DNA of 60,263 bases, filler included. It is 5 parts of 5 records of this genome, joined end to end, with 100 filler letters (N's around TTAATTAATTAA, not from the genome) between each part and the next. Parts side by side here need not be neighbours in the genome. Positions count along the whole stretch, not along the records: positions 14,229 to 31,877 come from SRR2962707_1071; 4 more parts are not named here. One strand, written 5' to 3'. The notes beneath the pieces are model-generated. The model made no database searches. It saw nothing but the letters and a program-made list of their open reading frames with translations, and was not told the DNA's origin. Made by a program: the position numbers and the translations under genes. Positions 18,933-28,612 of this stretch are shown here, piece after piece (position 1 is the first letter of the stretch; every line of letters starts with the position of its first letter).

Positions 18933-21839
18933 ATGCGTCGAGTTATCCCAGTCTTATTTCTACTACTTCTTTCTTTCCAATCTGTTGCTCAGATCAACTT
19001 CGGTAAACTCAAAGATCGGGTGAAAAAAGCGGTTGAAGAAAAAATTGATCCGGATGAACTAAAGAAGGATCAGTTTGAGAAGATCAGGCAGGAGCAACTG
19101 GAAAAAGACACTTCCTTTTACAATTACATCTTTTCCCAGGGGAATAGGGCCTCCTTCTTCGCGAATAGAGATAGCAAGGAAAATCTTTTGGTGACATTGG
19201 CCAAGAATTATGAAAGTGAGGAAACGGGAGCCGTACAGCTTGAAATTTATGAACAGGTTTTTGACCTGAACAGAAAAGCTGAGATCACCATCTATGTAGA
19301 TCCCTTTATCGCTACCAGAAACTTCAATGAGGCACTCAGGTTGATGATGGATGACGTACCCTCTTTTGATAATGTTTTCACCATAGAGGAATTGGTGAAT
19401 ATGGATACGATGACTATTGCAGATAAATATGCATTAGGTAAGACCATCGCTAATGTTTCCATACTAATACATGCTGAAGGTGACTACAAGTTGTCAGAAA
19501 AATTCATTGAAGAAACCACACGATATTTCAAAGAAATAATTGGAGTGAATACAGCAGCTTTAGCTTCACTGTATTGCAATCATGCAACGATTTCACAGGC
19601 TCAGGGACGATATACTGAGGCTGAGGATTATTTCAATAAAGCAGAAGAAGTAATCAGAAAAAATGATCGGACAGGTTCACTTTCACATGCCATAATCCTT
19701 AATAACAAAGCACTGCTCTACAATGAAATTGGGCAATATGATAAAGCACTGGAAACCATAGACCTTGCGACACAATATGCAGATGGTGCATTACGGGAGA
19801 AAGGCCGGGATAATGTGAGCTTTGAAATAAATAAGGGCCTTATTCAATACAGTGCGGGATCCTATGCTGAGGCAGAGACGGTTTTCAGAGACATTATTGA
19901 GCTCAAGGAAAAAAGGATGGCCAAGAACCAGACAGATGTAGGAAATGTAAAGAATTACCTCGCCGCGGTTCTGATGGAACAAGGTAAACCAGGTGAAGTG
20001 CCGGGCCTTCTGGATCATTCGCTTGATATTTTCAGGAGTAAATATTCTGAGTCCCACCCAGCTTACATCAAAACAAAGCACAACCTGGGAAGGTACCATC
20101 TCACAAACGGAAGCTTGATAGAGGCTGAAAGAATTATAGGAGAAGTAAGTAATTCTTACTTAGAACTTTTCAATGAGTTCCATCCGGATTACCTCAGTTC
20201 TCTTGAGGATATGGCAGTGGTCGCTTGGGAGAAGGGTGATTATGCTAAAGCTAAAACAAACTTTGAAAAGACCTTAAGTACCAATCTGGATTTGGTTGAA
20301 AAGTACTTTGGGGCGATGAGCGAATACGAGAAAAGTCAATATTGGGCCAAGGTTCGCCCATCCATTTTGAAGTTTTATGCTTTTGCTGTGGAGCGGGGAA
20401 AAGAAGATCCATCCCTTCTTACCGATATGTATAACCTACACTTGAAAACAAAGGGTATCTTGCTTAGTGCTTCCAGTAAAGTCCGTGAAGAAATTCTGAA
20501 CAGCAATGATGAAAGTCTTAAACAGCTTTACTCGGATTGGGTGGATTCCAAAGAAAAACTACTTCTCTATTATTCCTATTCAAAAGAACAGATTCGTGAT
20601 CTGAAAATAGATCTTAATGCAGCTGAAGAAGAGGCCAATCAGCTGGAGAAGGAGCTGAATAGAAGATCCACAAGTTTTGCTCAAGCCAACAAACTACCTA
20701 CTACTACGGTAGCAGAAGTGAAATCAAAACTCGCGTCAGTGGATGCCGCTATAGAAATCATTGGTTACCCGGTGTTTGATCGAAGTTTTAAGCAAGAAAA
20801 AAACTATGCTTTTTTAATCGCAGATCTTAAATCGATACATCCAAGAGTGGTTGAAATTGAGGGTGGTCAAGACCTTGATGGAAAATACGCAAAAGCCTAT
20901 TTAAATATGGTGAAGGCCAAAATGCAGGATCGGATTTCATACGATAAATACTGGAAGCCGGTGGATGAGGCCCTTTCAGGATTTAATAACATTCATCTTT
21001 CTCTTGATGGCATTTATTTCCAGATGAATATTGGAGCATTGAAACGCCCGGATGGCAGCTATGTTTCTGATAATTTTAATCTTCAGCTATATACAAGCAC
21101 GCGTGATCTGGTGAAGAAAAGGAGCGCCGGTTTTTCTTCAAAAAATGTGTCTTTGATTGGCTATCCTGACTTTGGGAGTAAGGGCTTATTAAGTCCACTG
21201 CCCGGAACAAAAGCTGAGCTGGAAGCAATCAGCGGGATCACTAAAGGCAAAGGCTTCAGCACAAAAACCTTTATGCAAAAACAAGCGACAGAGGAAAACT
21301 TTAAATCCATCAATTCACCTTCTTTACTTCATATTGCAACTCATGGTTTTTTCTTACCTGAAAATCAGGCTTCAGGAGATAAGGTGTTTGGTGTGGATGT
21401 GAGCCAGGCGAAGGAAAATCCACTTTTAAGGTCAGGTTTGATGCTAGCCAATGCAGAACAAACCATGGAGGAATCCGATCAATCAGTGGAGGTTAAAAGC
21501 ACAAATAATGGAGTGCTTACAGCTTATGAAGTAATCACACTTAATTTGAAGAATACGGACCTGGTAGTGCTGAGTGCCTGTGAAACCGGACTTGGCGAGG
21601 TGAAGTCCGGTGAGGGAGTCTATGGCCTTCAGCGTGCTTTCCAGGTTGCCGGAGCAGAGTCGGTTATCATGAGTTTATGGAAGGTAAGTGATGAAGCCAC
21701 CAAACAATTGATGACCTCCTTTTACCAAAATTGGATGGGCGGAAAGAAGAAAGAGGATGCCTTTTTTGCAGCACAAAAAAAGCTCAGAGAATCATTCCCT
21801 GAGCCCTATTATTGGGGTGCCTTTGTGATGCTTAATTAG
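18933..21839 (+). CDS. Secreted TPR + CHAT (caspase-like) domain protein
   Basis: Signal peptide, TPR-like repeats, LHIATHGF (His), VLSACETG (Cys), SLWKVSD, PYYWGAF. Confidence 0.93.
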   Translation: MRRVIPVLFLLLLSFQSVAQINFGKLKDRVKKAVEEKIDPDELKKDQFEKIRQEQLEKDTSFYNYIFSQGNRASFFANRDSKENLLVTLAKNYESEETGAVQLEIYEQVFDLNRKAEITIYVDPFIATRNFNEALRLMMDDVPSFDNVFTIEELVNMDTMTIADKYALGKTIANVSILIHAEGDYKLSEKFIEETTRYFKEIIGVNTAALASLYCNHATISQAQGRYTEAEDYFNKAEEVIRKNDRTGSLSHAIILNNKALLYNEIGQYDKALETIDLATQYADGALREKGRDNVSFEINKGLIQYSAGSYAEAETVFRDIIELKEKRMAKNQTDVGNVKNYLAAVLMEQGKPGEVPGLLDHSLDIFRSKYSESHPAYIKTKHNLGRYHLTNGSLIEAERIIGEVSNSYLELFNEFHPDYLSSLEDMAVVAWEKGDYAKAKTNFEKTLSTNLDLVEKYFGAMSEYEKSQYWAKVRPSILKFYAFAVERGKEDPSLLTDMYNLHLKTKGILLSASSKVREEILNSNDESLKQLYSDWVDSKEKLLLYYSYSKEQIRDLKIDLNAAEEEANQLEKELNRRSTSFAQANKLPTTTVAEVKSKLASVDAAIEIIGYPVFDRSFKQEKNYAFLIADLKSIHPRVVEIEGGQDLDGKYAKAYLNMVKAKMQDRISYDKYWKPVDEALSGFNNIHLSLDGIYFQMNIGALKRPDGSYVSDNFNLQLYTSTRDLVKKRSAGFSSKNVSLIGYPDFGSKGLLSPLPGTKAELEAISGITKGKGFSTKTFMQKQATEENFKSINSPSLLHIATHGFFLPENQASGDKVFGVDVSQAKENPLLRSGLMLANAEQTMEESDQSVEVKSTNNGVLTAYEVITLNLKNTDLVVLSACETGLGEVKSGEGVYGLQRAFQVAGAESVIMSLWKVSDEATKQLMTSFYQNWMGGKKKEDAFFAAQKKLRESFPEPYYWGAFVMLN

Positions 21840-21856
21840 TATAATTAAAATACACT

Positions 21857-21931
21857 GTCACTCCCGTAGGGAGTCTATGTTTTAAATTCTATTGAGCTAG
21901 AAGAAGAGATAAATCCCTTTCGGGGAATACC
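21857..21931. repeat. Short palindromic REP-like remnant
   Basis: GTCACTCCCGTAGGGAGTCT hairpin (21857-21876) and a degenerate ATCCCTTTCGGGGA partner between convergent genes. Confidence 0.5.
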
Positions 21932-21991
21932 TTTTAATATCGATTTTCACTTATGTTCTTTGTGAATTCTCTGTGACCTCTGTGGTTTAAA

Positions 21992-23092
21992 CTATGCAAC
22001 CTGCACCTTTAAATCTTTTGCACTTCCCATTTCTTTCATGTGCTTGAAGTGGCTAGCCACTGCGGCTCCAAATGATGGAAACGCATAATATGGTAACCCA
22101 AATTCTTTAACCGTCTGCTGAACCAGCTTTGATACAGCCGGATAGTGCACATGGCAAATCTCAGGGAATAGGTGATGTTCGATCTGAAAGTTTAGTCCAC
22201 CAAGAAACCAGGACAAGACCTTGTCATCCATGCCATAGTTACAGGTTGTTTTCAACTGATGAGCTACCCAACTGTGTTTTACATGCTCATCTTCTTCTTC
22301 AAAGAATTCCGCCGGCTCTACCACGTGAGCAGTCTGGAAAATCATGGCGAGCATGATTCCTGTGATACAGTGAGAGGCAAATATCATAAGGATGGTGATC
22401 CATGCAGGAACCGGAATAAGCATTACCGGAAGCACTAGAAATACTACCCAGTAAAACACTTTCCTCAAGATAACTTTGGTTAGTTCCATCGGAAAATCCT
22501 TTTTCTTGATCAATCCATCTCGTCTGTAGTCGAACACCTTAATAAAGTCTTTGGTAGTGATCCACTCTAACAATGGAACACAATAAAAAATCGGTGCGTA
22601 AATGTGCTGAAACCGGTGAAACCACTTATGCGGTTGATTGGTATTGTATCTAAACACAAATCGAGGTAAAATATCCTCATCCGCATGTTCCAGATTTGTA
22701 TAGGTGTGGTGCAGTACATTATGCTGTATGTGCCAGATGAGCTTATCTACTCCTATAATAGTTGCGGAGAAAGTCATCAGGTTATTCATGGTCTGATTCT
22801 TAAAATAAGATCCATGAATGGAATCATGCATGATGGTAGTACCGATGAACGCTTTGCCTATTCCCATGAACATCCACAGCCCCATCAGTAACCAAAGGTT
22901 CGTGAATCCGGCTAAAATCAAAAGAAAGTAAGGCACCAGGTACATCGATAAAACAGCAATGGTCTTAATGATCATTTGGCTGTTTGCATTTCTTTTGATT
23001 TGGTTGTCCTGAAAGTATGCATTTACCCTTGTTCTTAATGCAGCTGCAAACTCCCTATCTAACTTGTTCTCAAATTTGTATCTGATAATCAT
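21992..23092 (-). CDS. Membrane acyl-CoA/fatty acid desaturase (linoleoyl-CoA desaturase-like)
   Basis: His boxes HDSIH, HNVLHH, QIEHHLFP; start taken at MIIRYKF. Confidence 0.92.
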   Translation of the reverse strand: MIIRYKFENKLDREFAAALRTRVNAYFQDNQIKRNANSQMIIKTIAVLSMYLVPYFLLILAGFTNLWLLMGLWMFMGIGKAFIGTTIMHDSIHGSYFKNQTMNNLMTFSATIIGVDKLIWHIQHNVLHHTYTNLEHADEDILPRFVFRYNTNQPHKWFHRFQHIYAPIFYCVPLLEWITTKDFIKVFDYRRDGLIKKKDFPMELTKVILRKVFYWVVFLVLPVMLIPVPAWITILMIFASHCITGIMLAMIFQTAHVVEPAEFFEEEDEHVKHSWVAHQLKTTCNYGMDDKVLSWFLGGLNFQIEHHLFPEICHVHYPAVSKLVQQTVKEFGLPYYAFPSFGAAVASHFKHMKEMGSAKDLKVQVA

Positions 23093-23333
23093 GCGTGTAT
23101 GTTTCTTTTTCAAGCAAACACCCCTAAACAAGGGATTGTTTTTGTTTGAAAGCGCAAAGTTACTAACAAAAGCCCTGAGCCCCAATCGGATACATCGGAG
23201 GAATGTATCCATAGGACGAGATTTTTTAGCCACAAACCACTCTAAAATTCCTGTAACCGTTAATAAATCCACTAAAGGAAGCTCTTCCTATTTTGCCTAT
23301 CTTTAAAGGAAACCTTAACCTTTTACTTTAATC

Positions 23334-26300
23334 ATGAAGCGTTTAACCTCACTAATACTCTTGTCATTTTTGGCTGGAGTTCTATTTACCGCTGATGCTC
23401 AGCGAAGAAAGTCAAACAGTTCAAATACCAAACCGCTCGATTCTGAGCTCTTTTCAAACCTTAAATTCAGAAATATTGGTCCGGCTTTTATGTCCGGCCG
23501 TATCGCCGATCTGGCCATTGACCCCACAAACGAAAATGTGTGGTATGTAGCTGTTGGTTCGGGTGGAGTCTGGAAGACTACTAATGCCGGAACGACATTT
23601 AAGCCACTTTTCGATGATCAACCAGTCTATTCTATTGGTTGCGTGACCTTAGATCCCAATAATCCTTATACGGTCTGGGTAGGTACCGGAGAGAATGTTG
23701 GGGGACGACATGCCGGATTTGGAGATGGCATCTACCGAAGTACAGATGGTGGAGCTTCATGGACGAATATGGGACTAAAAAACTCGGAGCACATCTCTAA
23801 AATCATCGTACATCCGGATAATTCAGATGTGATTTACGTCGCGTCACAGGGTCCGCTTTGGAGTCCCGGTGGTGATCGTGGATTTTTCAAATCTACTGAT
23901 GGAGGTAAAACGTGGAAGAAAACACTGGGAGATGATCAATATACCGGGGTGACGGATATGGTGATTGATCCGCGTGACCCGAACAGGATCTATGCGGTGA
24001 CATGGGAACATCACCGAACCATTGCAGCCTGGATGGGAGGAGGTGAAAAATCAAAATTGTATTTGAGTGAAGATGCAGGTGAAACATGGACTCAGCTAAA
24101 AACAGGCTTGCCAGAAGGTAAGTGGGGAAAAACGGGCTTGGCTATTTCTCCTATCAACCCGGATGTGCTGTATGCAGCAATAGAACTGAATCGTACCAAG
24201 GGAGGAGTATGGCGCTCTGACAATCGAGGTGGTAGCTGGACAAAAATGTCAGATGCTGTCGCCGGTGCTACAGGCCCGCACTACTATCAGGAAATTTATG
24301 CCTCACCTCACAAGTTTGATCGGTTGTATATGATGAACAATACGCTGATGAAATCAGAGGATGGTGGGAAGACCTTCGAAAACATGGATGAAACGGCTAA
24401 GCATGGCGACAACCACGCAGTGGCTTTCAAGATGTCTGATCCGAATTACCTGTTGGTAGGAACAGATGGTGGAGTGTATGAAAGCTTTGATCTGGGTGCA
24501 ACTTGGAGATACATGGAAAACCTGCCAATCACGCAGTTTTATAAGGTTGCTGTCGATGATGCTGAACCTTTTTATAATGTTTATGGTGGCACTCAAGATA
24601 ACAGTACACAAGGTGGCCCTTCGCGCACAGATAACCTTCATGGCATTCGAAATGCAGACTGGAAGGTCGTTCTAAACTGGGATGGACATCAACCAGCTAC
24701 TGAGCCGGGGAACCCGAATATCATGTACGGTCAGCGTCAGCAGGGGACACTCTCGCGAATTGATCTGAAGACCGGAGAGGTTACCGATGTGATGCCACAG
24801 CCAGGACCAGATGAAGATTTTGAGCGGTATAATTGGGATGCCCCGATCTTAGTATCACCACATGATCCGGCTACTATTTATCACGGATCTCAGCGTTTAT
24901 GGAAGTCCACGAATCGTGGGGATAGCTGGACAGCCCTTTCCGGTGATCTCACTCGAGATCAGGAGCGAGTGACACTCCCAATTATGGGTAGAACCCAAAG
25001 CTGGGATTCACCATGGGATGTGGGAGCCATGTCTAATTTCAATACCATCACTTCGATTGCCGTCTCTCCACAGAATGAGCAAGTTATTTTCATTGGTACG
25101 GATGACGGATTGATTCAGGTGACAGAAAACGAGGGCCAATCCTGGCGAAAAGTAGAAGTGAGTGCCATGGGGGTTCCTTCGAGGTGTTATGTGAATGATG
25201 TCAAAGCTGATCTTTTTGATGAGAACATACTGTATGTTGCGCTGGATAATCATAAAGAAGGGGATTATCGTCCGTATCTGGTGAAAAGTACAGATAAAGG
25301 AAGAACCTGGTCACGAATTGAAAATGGACTTGGAAGCAAGAACCTGATGTGGAGAATTGTACAGGATCATGTGAATAAAGATCTCATGTTTGCAGCCACA
25401 GAGTTTGGTGTGTATTTCACCATTGATGGTGGGCAAAGCTGGACAGAACTCGAAGGAGGTATTCCTACCATTTCCTTCAGGGATTTAGCGATTCAGCGAA
25501 GAGAAAATGATTTGGTTGCAGCATCATTTGGAAGAGGATTTTACATCCTCGATGACTACTCGGCACTACGAAATGTGAATCAAAATCAGATGACCGAAGA
25601 TGCGACTCTTTTTGAACCAAGAAATGCATGGTGGTATATGGAGCGTCCTATTCTGAGCTTTGATGATAAGCGAGGGTCACAAGGTTCTCAGCTTTATTTA
25701 GCTCCTAATCCGGAATTCGGGGCAACTTTTACCTATTATTTAAAAAATGATTTGAAGAGTCTTGAGCAGCAGCGTCAGGATCGGGAGAAAGGAAATACCG
25801 GAAATATTTCATTTCCGGGTTGGGATGCTTTAAATGATGAGACCCGTGAAATGGACCCATTTGTCTATATCGAAATCAAAGATCAAGCTGGAAATGTGAT
25901 TAATCGTGAGAAAGCCGATGGTAACACGAAGGGCTTTCATCGTGTGACTTGGAATCTAAAAGTGGGTGCAACTGAGGCCTTAACCCTCGATTCGGAAGTT
26001 GGTGATATGAATGGTTTACTGTGCGCGCCAGGGACATATACCGCGACATTACACAAGTTTGAGCGAGGTGAATTCAGCCAAATAGCAGGACCGGTGAATG
26101 TTGAGGTTGAACCATTATATGATGAGGGAACCCTGGAAGGAAGCCCGATGGCGGAAGTCATTGCCTTTTGGAGATCCTATGAGGATCTGAATAAAGATGT
26201 GAATGTGTTGGGATACGAACTTTCACAGACAAGGAAGATGGCCGAGAAATTGTTTAGTGCGGCAGCACATGCCAATGTTTCATCGGATATCATGTCTGAA

Positions 26301-26594
26301 GTCACTTCCCTTCAGGAAAGTCTGAACGTCCTGGATTCGGAATTGAATGGAAATCCTGCGAAGAATCAAATAGGTGAACGTAATAGGCCAACACTTGGTG
26401 ATCGTGTCTTTGCTTTATGGCGAGGGATTTCCACTTCTACCTACGGCCCGACAGAAACCCATGAAGAAACCATGCGAATCATTAAAGAACAATGGGAAAG
26501 TCTAAAGACGAGGCTGGAAGCACAACAAATCAAGGCACGGAGCATTGCTGACAAAGTTGAAGCGGCTGGTGGCTCTTGGGTTGAGGGAAGATAA
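23334..26594 (+). CDS. VPS10/BNR (Asp-box) beta-propeller protein, glycosyl hydrolase-like
   Basis: Signal peptide, FRNIGPAFMSGRI, many SxDGGxTW Asp-boxes, GGTQDN, C-terminal coiled coil. Confidence 0.9.
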   Translation: MKRLTSLILLSFLAGVLFTADAQRRKSNSSNTKPLDSELFSNLKFRNIGPAFMSGRIADLAIDPTNENVWYVAVGSGGVWKTTNAGTTFKPLFDDQPVYSIGCVTLDPNNPYTVWVGTGENVGGRHAGFGDGIYRSTDGGASWTNMGLKNSEHISKIIVHPDNSDVIYVASQGPLWSPGGDRGFFKSTDGGKTWKKTLGDDQYTGVTDMVIDPRDPNRIYAVTWEHHRTIAAWMGGGEKSKLYLSEDAGETWTQLKTGLPEGKWGKTGLAISPINPDVLYAAIELNRTKGGVWRSDNRGGSWTKMSDAVAGATGPHYYQEIYASPHKFDRLYMMNNTLMKSEDGGKTFENMDETAKHGDNHAVAFKMSDPNYLLVGTDGGVYESFDLGATWRYMENLPITQFYKVAVDDAEPFYNVYGGTQDNSTQGGPSRTDNLHGIRNADWKVVLNWDGHQPATEPGNPNIMYGQRQQGTLSRIDLKTGEVTDVMPQPGPDEDFERYNWDAPILVSPHDPATIYHGSQRLWKSTNRGDSWTALSGDLTRDQERVTLPIMGRTQSWDSPWDVGAMSNFNTITSIAVSPQNEQVIFIGTDDGLIQVTENEGQSWRKVEVSAMGVPSRCYVNDVKADLFDENILYVALDNHKEGDYRPYLVKSTDKGRTWSRIENGLGSKNLMWRIVQDHVNKDLMFAATEFGVYFTIDGGQSWTELEGGIPTISFRDLAIQRRENDLVAASFGRGFYILDDYSALRNVNQNQMTEDATLFEPRNAWWYMERPILSFDDKRGSQGSQLYLAPNPEFGATFTYYLKNDLKSLEQQRQDREKGNTGNISFPGWDALNDETREMDPFVYIEIKDQAGNVINREKADGNTKGFHRVTWNLKVGATEALTLDSEVGDMNGLLCAPGTYTATLHKFERGEFSQIAGPVNVEVEPLYDEGTLEGSPMAEVIAFWRSYEDLNKDVNVLGYELSQTRKMAEKLFSAAAHANVSSDIMSEVTSLQESLNVLDSELNGNPAKNQIGERNRPTLGDRVFALWRGISTSTYGPTETHEETMRIIKEQWESLKTRLEAQQIKARSIADKVEAAGGSWVEGR

Positions 26595-26601
26595 GTTTTG
26601 A

Positions 26602-26637
26602 GAGTCGTCCTACCACATCAAGTGATGGGACGACTTC
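26602..26637. terminator. Hairpin between convergent genes, possible bidirectional terminator
   Basis: AGTCGTCC...GGACGACT inverted repeat. Confidence 0.55.
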
Positions 26638-26645
26638 TTATGTTT

Positions 26646-27614
26646 TCAAATAGCCAAATACACCTTATCCATCATCTCCTGATATTCTTTTTCTGCTTCG
26701 CTGAAGGAGGTGATACCACCACCACTACAAAAAATAAGTTGATTTTTTTCTTTTTTGATGAAGCGGATCAGTACTCCGGTATCCAATGATTTCCCATCAA
26801 AGTGACCACAAATGCCCGTATAAAATCCGCGATCATAGGATTCTGCCTCTTGAATGATTTTTACCGTTTCCTGTTTGGGGGCACCTGAGATAGAACCTGC
26901 TGGCAAAAGCTTTGAAAGAATCTCGCCAAGATTACTTTTCCAGCTGGACCCTAAGTGGCCCTTTATTTCTGAGCTGACTTGCAAAAGCTTCTTATCGTTT
27001 GTTTCCAATAGATCGATGTAGCGAAACTTCGTCACTTCTACTTTTTCCGCAACCTGGCTCAGATCGTTCCGAATCAAATCCACAATGGTCACATGCTCGG
27101 CTGTTTCTTTTGTGTCGGTCAGAATGATTTGCTCTGCATTTGGAATTGAGGCATCAATGGTGCCCTTCATGGGATAGGAGTAGATATAATGATCCTTGAT
27201 TTTTACAAACGTCTCAGGTGAGAAAACCACAAATTGGTCTGGAACCAGAAGTTTATATTTTGCCTGTGAATGCCGAAAGATTTCTTCCAGATTTAGATTC
27301 GTTTCAATATGAGTTTCGAAAGTGAGATTTGTGAGAAAAGAATTGCCAATATTGATTTGGTGTATGACTTGATCGAAAGCTGACTTAAATTGTGAATACT
27401 CAACTGGGAGTTTTTTAAAGTGAATCTTTCGACTTTCGACTTTCGACTGTTTTTTGGGTTGATCTTTACTTCCAATGTGTAAACGAAATTTGCTACATTG
27501 ATTACTGCTTTGAATGCTCCACCTCTCCCCCAAAAAATCACAATAAAAAGAAAACGGCTGACCAGCAGCTCCTAGATCATTTAGTTTCGATATAGCTTCA
27601 TTCTTTGTCAGCAT
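26646..27614 (-). CDS. pabB: Aminodeoxychorismate synthase component I
   Basis: SPETFV, PMKGT, KETAEHVTIVDLIRNDL, PAGSISGAPK, RGFYTG, GGGIT. Confidence 0.92.
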   Translation of the reverse strand: MLTKNEAISKLNDLGAAGQPFSFYCDFLGERWSIQSSNQCSKFRLHIGSKDQPKKQSKVESRKIHFKKLPVEYSQFKSAFDQVIHQINIGNSFLTNLTFETHIETNLNLEEIFRHSQAKYKLLVPDQFVVFSPETFVKIKDHYIYSYPMKGTIDASIPNAEQIILTDTKETAEHVTIVDLIRNDLSQVAEKVEVTKFRYIDLLETNDKKLLQVSSEIKGHLGSSWKSNLGEILSKLLPAGSISGAPKQETVKIIQEAESYDRGFYTGICGHFDGKSLDTGVLIRFIKKEKNQLIFCSGGGITSFSEAEKEYQEMMDKVYLAI

Positions 27615-27909
27615 TGACTTTGATTCCGAAACGCTTCAGCATTTTTTGTTCATACTTCCAAAAGAAGTCAAACTGTCGAAAAAGGAAGCCGTAGAAAAGA
27701 AGGATAATATTGTAGACCGGAAGAATCAACACCCAATAAGCAATCTGAAACCAAAGCGGACGAACACCATCTTCGAACAGTAGGTTGATTAACGGCTTTT
27801 TGATTAATACAACGGTAGTCCCTGTGCAGGCGAACACGAGCATAATCAGAATAAACTGCCAGTTGCTTTCCAATCCCCACTTATCTTTTAATTTTTGAAT
27901 CCAACTCAT
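27598..27909 (-). CDS. Small membrane protein (DUF6787-like)
   Basis: KLKDKWG, VFACTG, LPVYNIILLFYG..QFDFFW; two TM segments. Confidence 0.7.
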   Translation of the reverse strand: MSWIQKLKDKWGLESNWQFILIMLVFACTGTTVVLIKKPLINLLFEDGVRPLWFQIAYWVLILPVYNIILLFYGFLFRQFDFFWKYEQKMLKRFGIKVNADKE

Positions 27910-28607
27910 TTCAGTTCTTTTATAAAGGCGTCAAAATCCGACCATTTGGGTTTTGAGATCACTTTAACTGGTTCGTTTTTTACCGGATGGACAAACTCCA
28001 GTTTGTACGCATGCAAATCAATGCTTTTGTCAGGGTTGGGTTTATTAAATCCATACTTAATATCTCCCCGGATAGACGTTCCATTCTCCCTCATTTGGAT
28101 CCTGATCTGATGAGGACGTCCTGTTTGAGGTTTTACTTCCAATAATGATACCTTACCCAGGGACGCGAGCATCGAGTAGCTTAACACTGCCTTTTTTGCA
28201 TTTCCTTTTCCAGGTTTTCTAACATGCGCCTTGTTTTTACCTCCATCTTTGTCCAGCCAGTGGACAAGCTCATGTTCAGGATTTTTAGGTGCACCATCTA
28301 CAACGGCTAAATACGTTTTAGTAATTTCCTGATCTCGGAAAAGCTTATTCATTCTCTCCAGACCCTTTGACGTTCGGGCAAATACCACCAATCCTCCCAC
28401 CGGGCGATCCAGTCGATGGCACGGCTGACAAAAGACGTTTCCTGGCTTGTCGTATTTTTTTCTAATGTATTCGGTCGCCCAGTCGGTGAGTGTTTCATCT
28501 CCGGTCTCATCCCCTTGCACCAACCACCCGGCAGGCTTCTCAACGATAAGGAGGTGATTGTCTTCGTATTTGACTAAAGGTTTTTTCATATTCGGGTCTA
28601 GTGGCAC
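27906..28607 (-). CDS. RluA family RNA pseudouridine synthase
   Basis: YEDNHLL..KPAG, HRLDRPVGG, TGRPHQIR, LHAYKL. Confidence 0.94.
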   Translation of the reverse strand: MPLDPNMKKPLVKYEDNHLLIVEKPAGWLVQGDETGDETLTDWATEYIRKKYDKPGNVFCQPCHRLDRPVGGLVVFARTSKGLERMNKLFRDQEITKTYLAVVDGAPKNPEHELVHWLDKDGGKNKAHVRKPGKGNAKKAVLSYSMLASLGKVSLLEVKPQTGRPHQIRIQMRENGTSIRGDIKYGFNKPNPDKSIDLHAYKLEFVHPVKNEPVKVISKPKWSDFDAFIKELK

Positions 28608-28612
28608 GCTGG

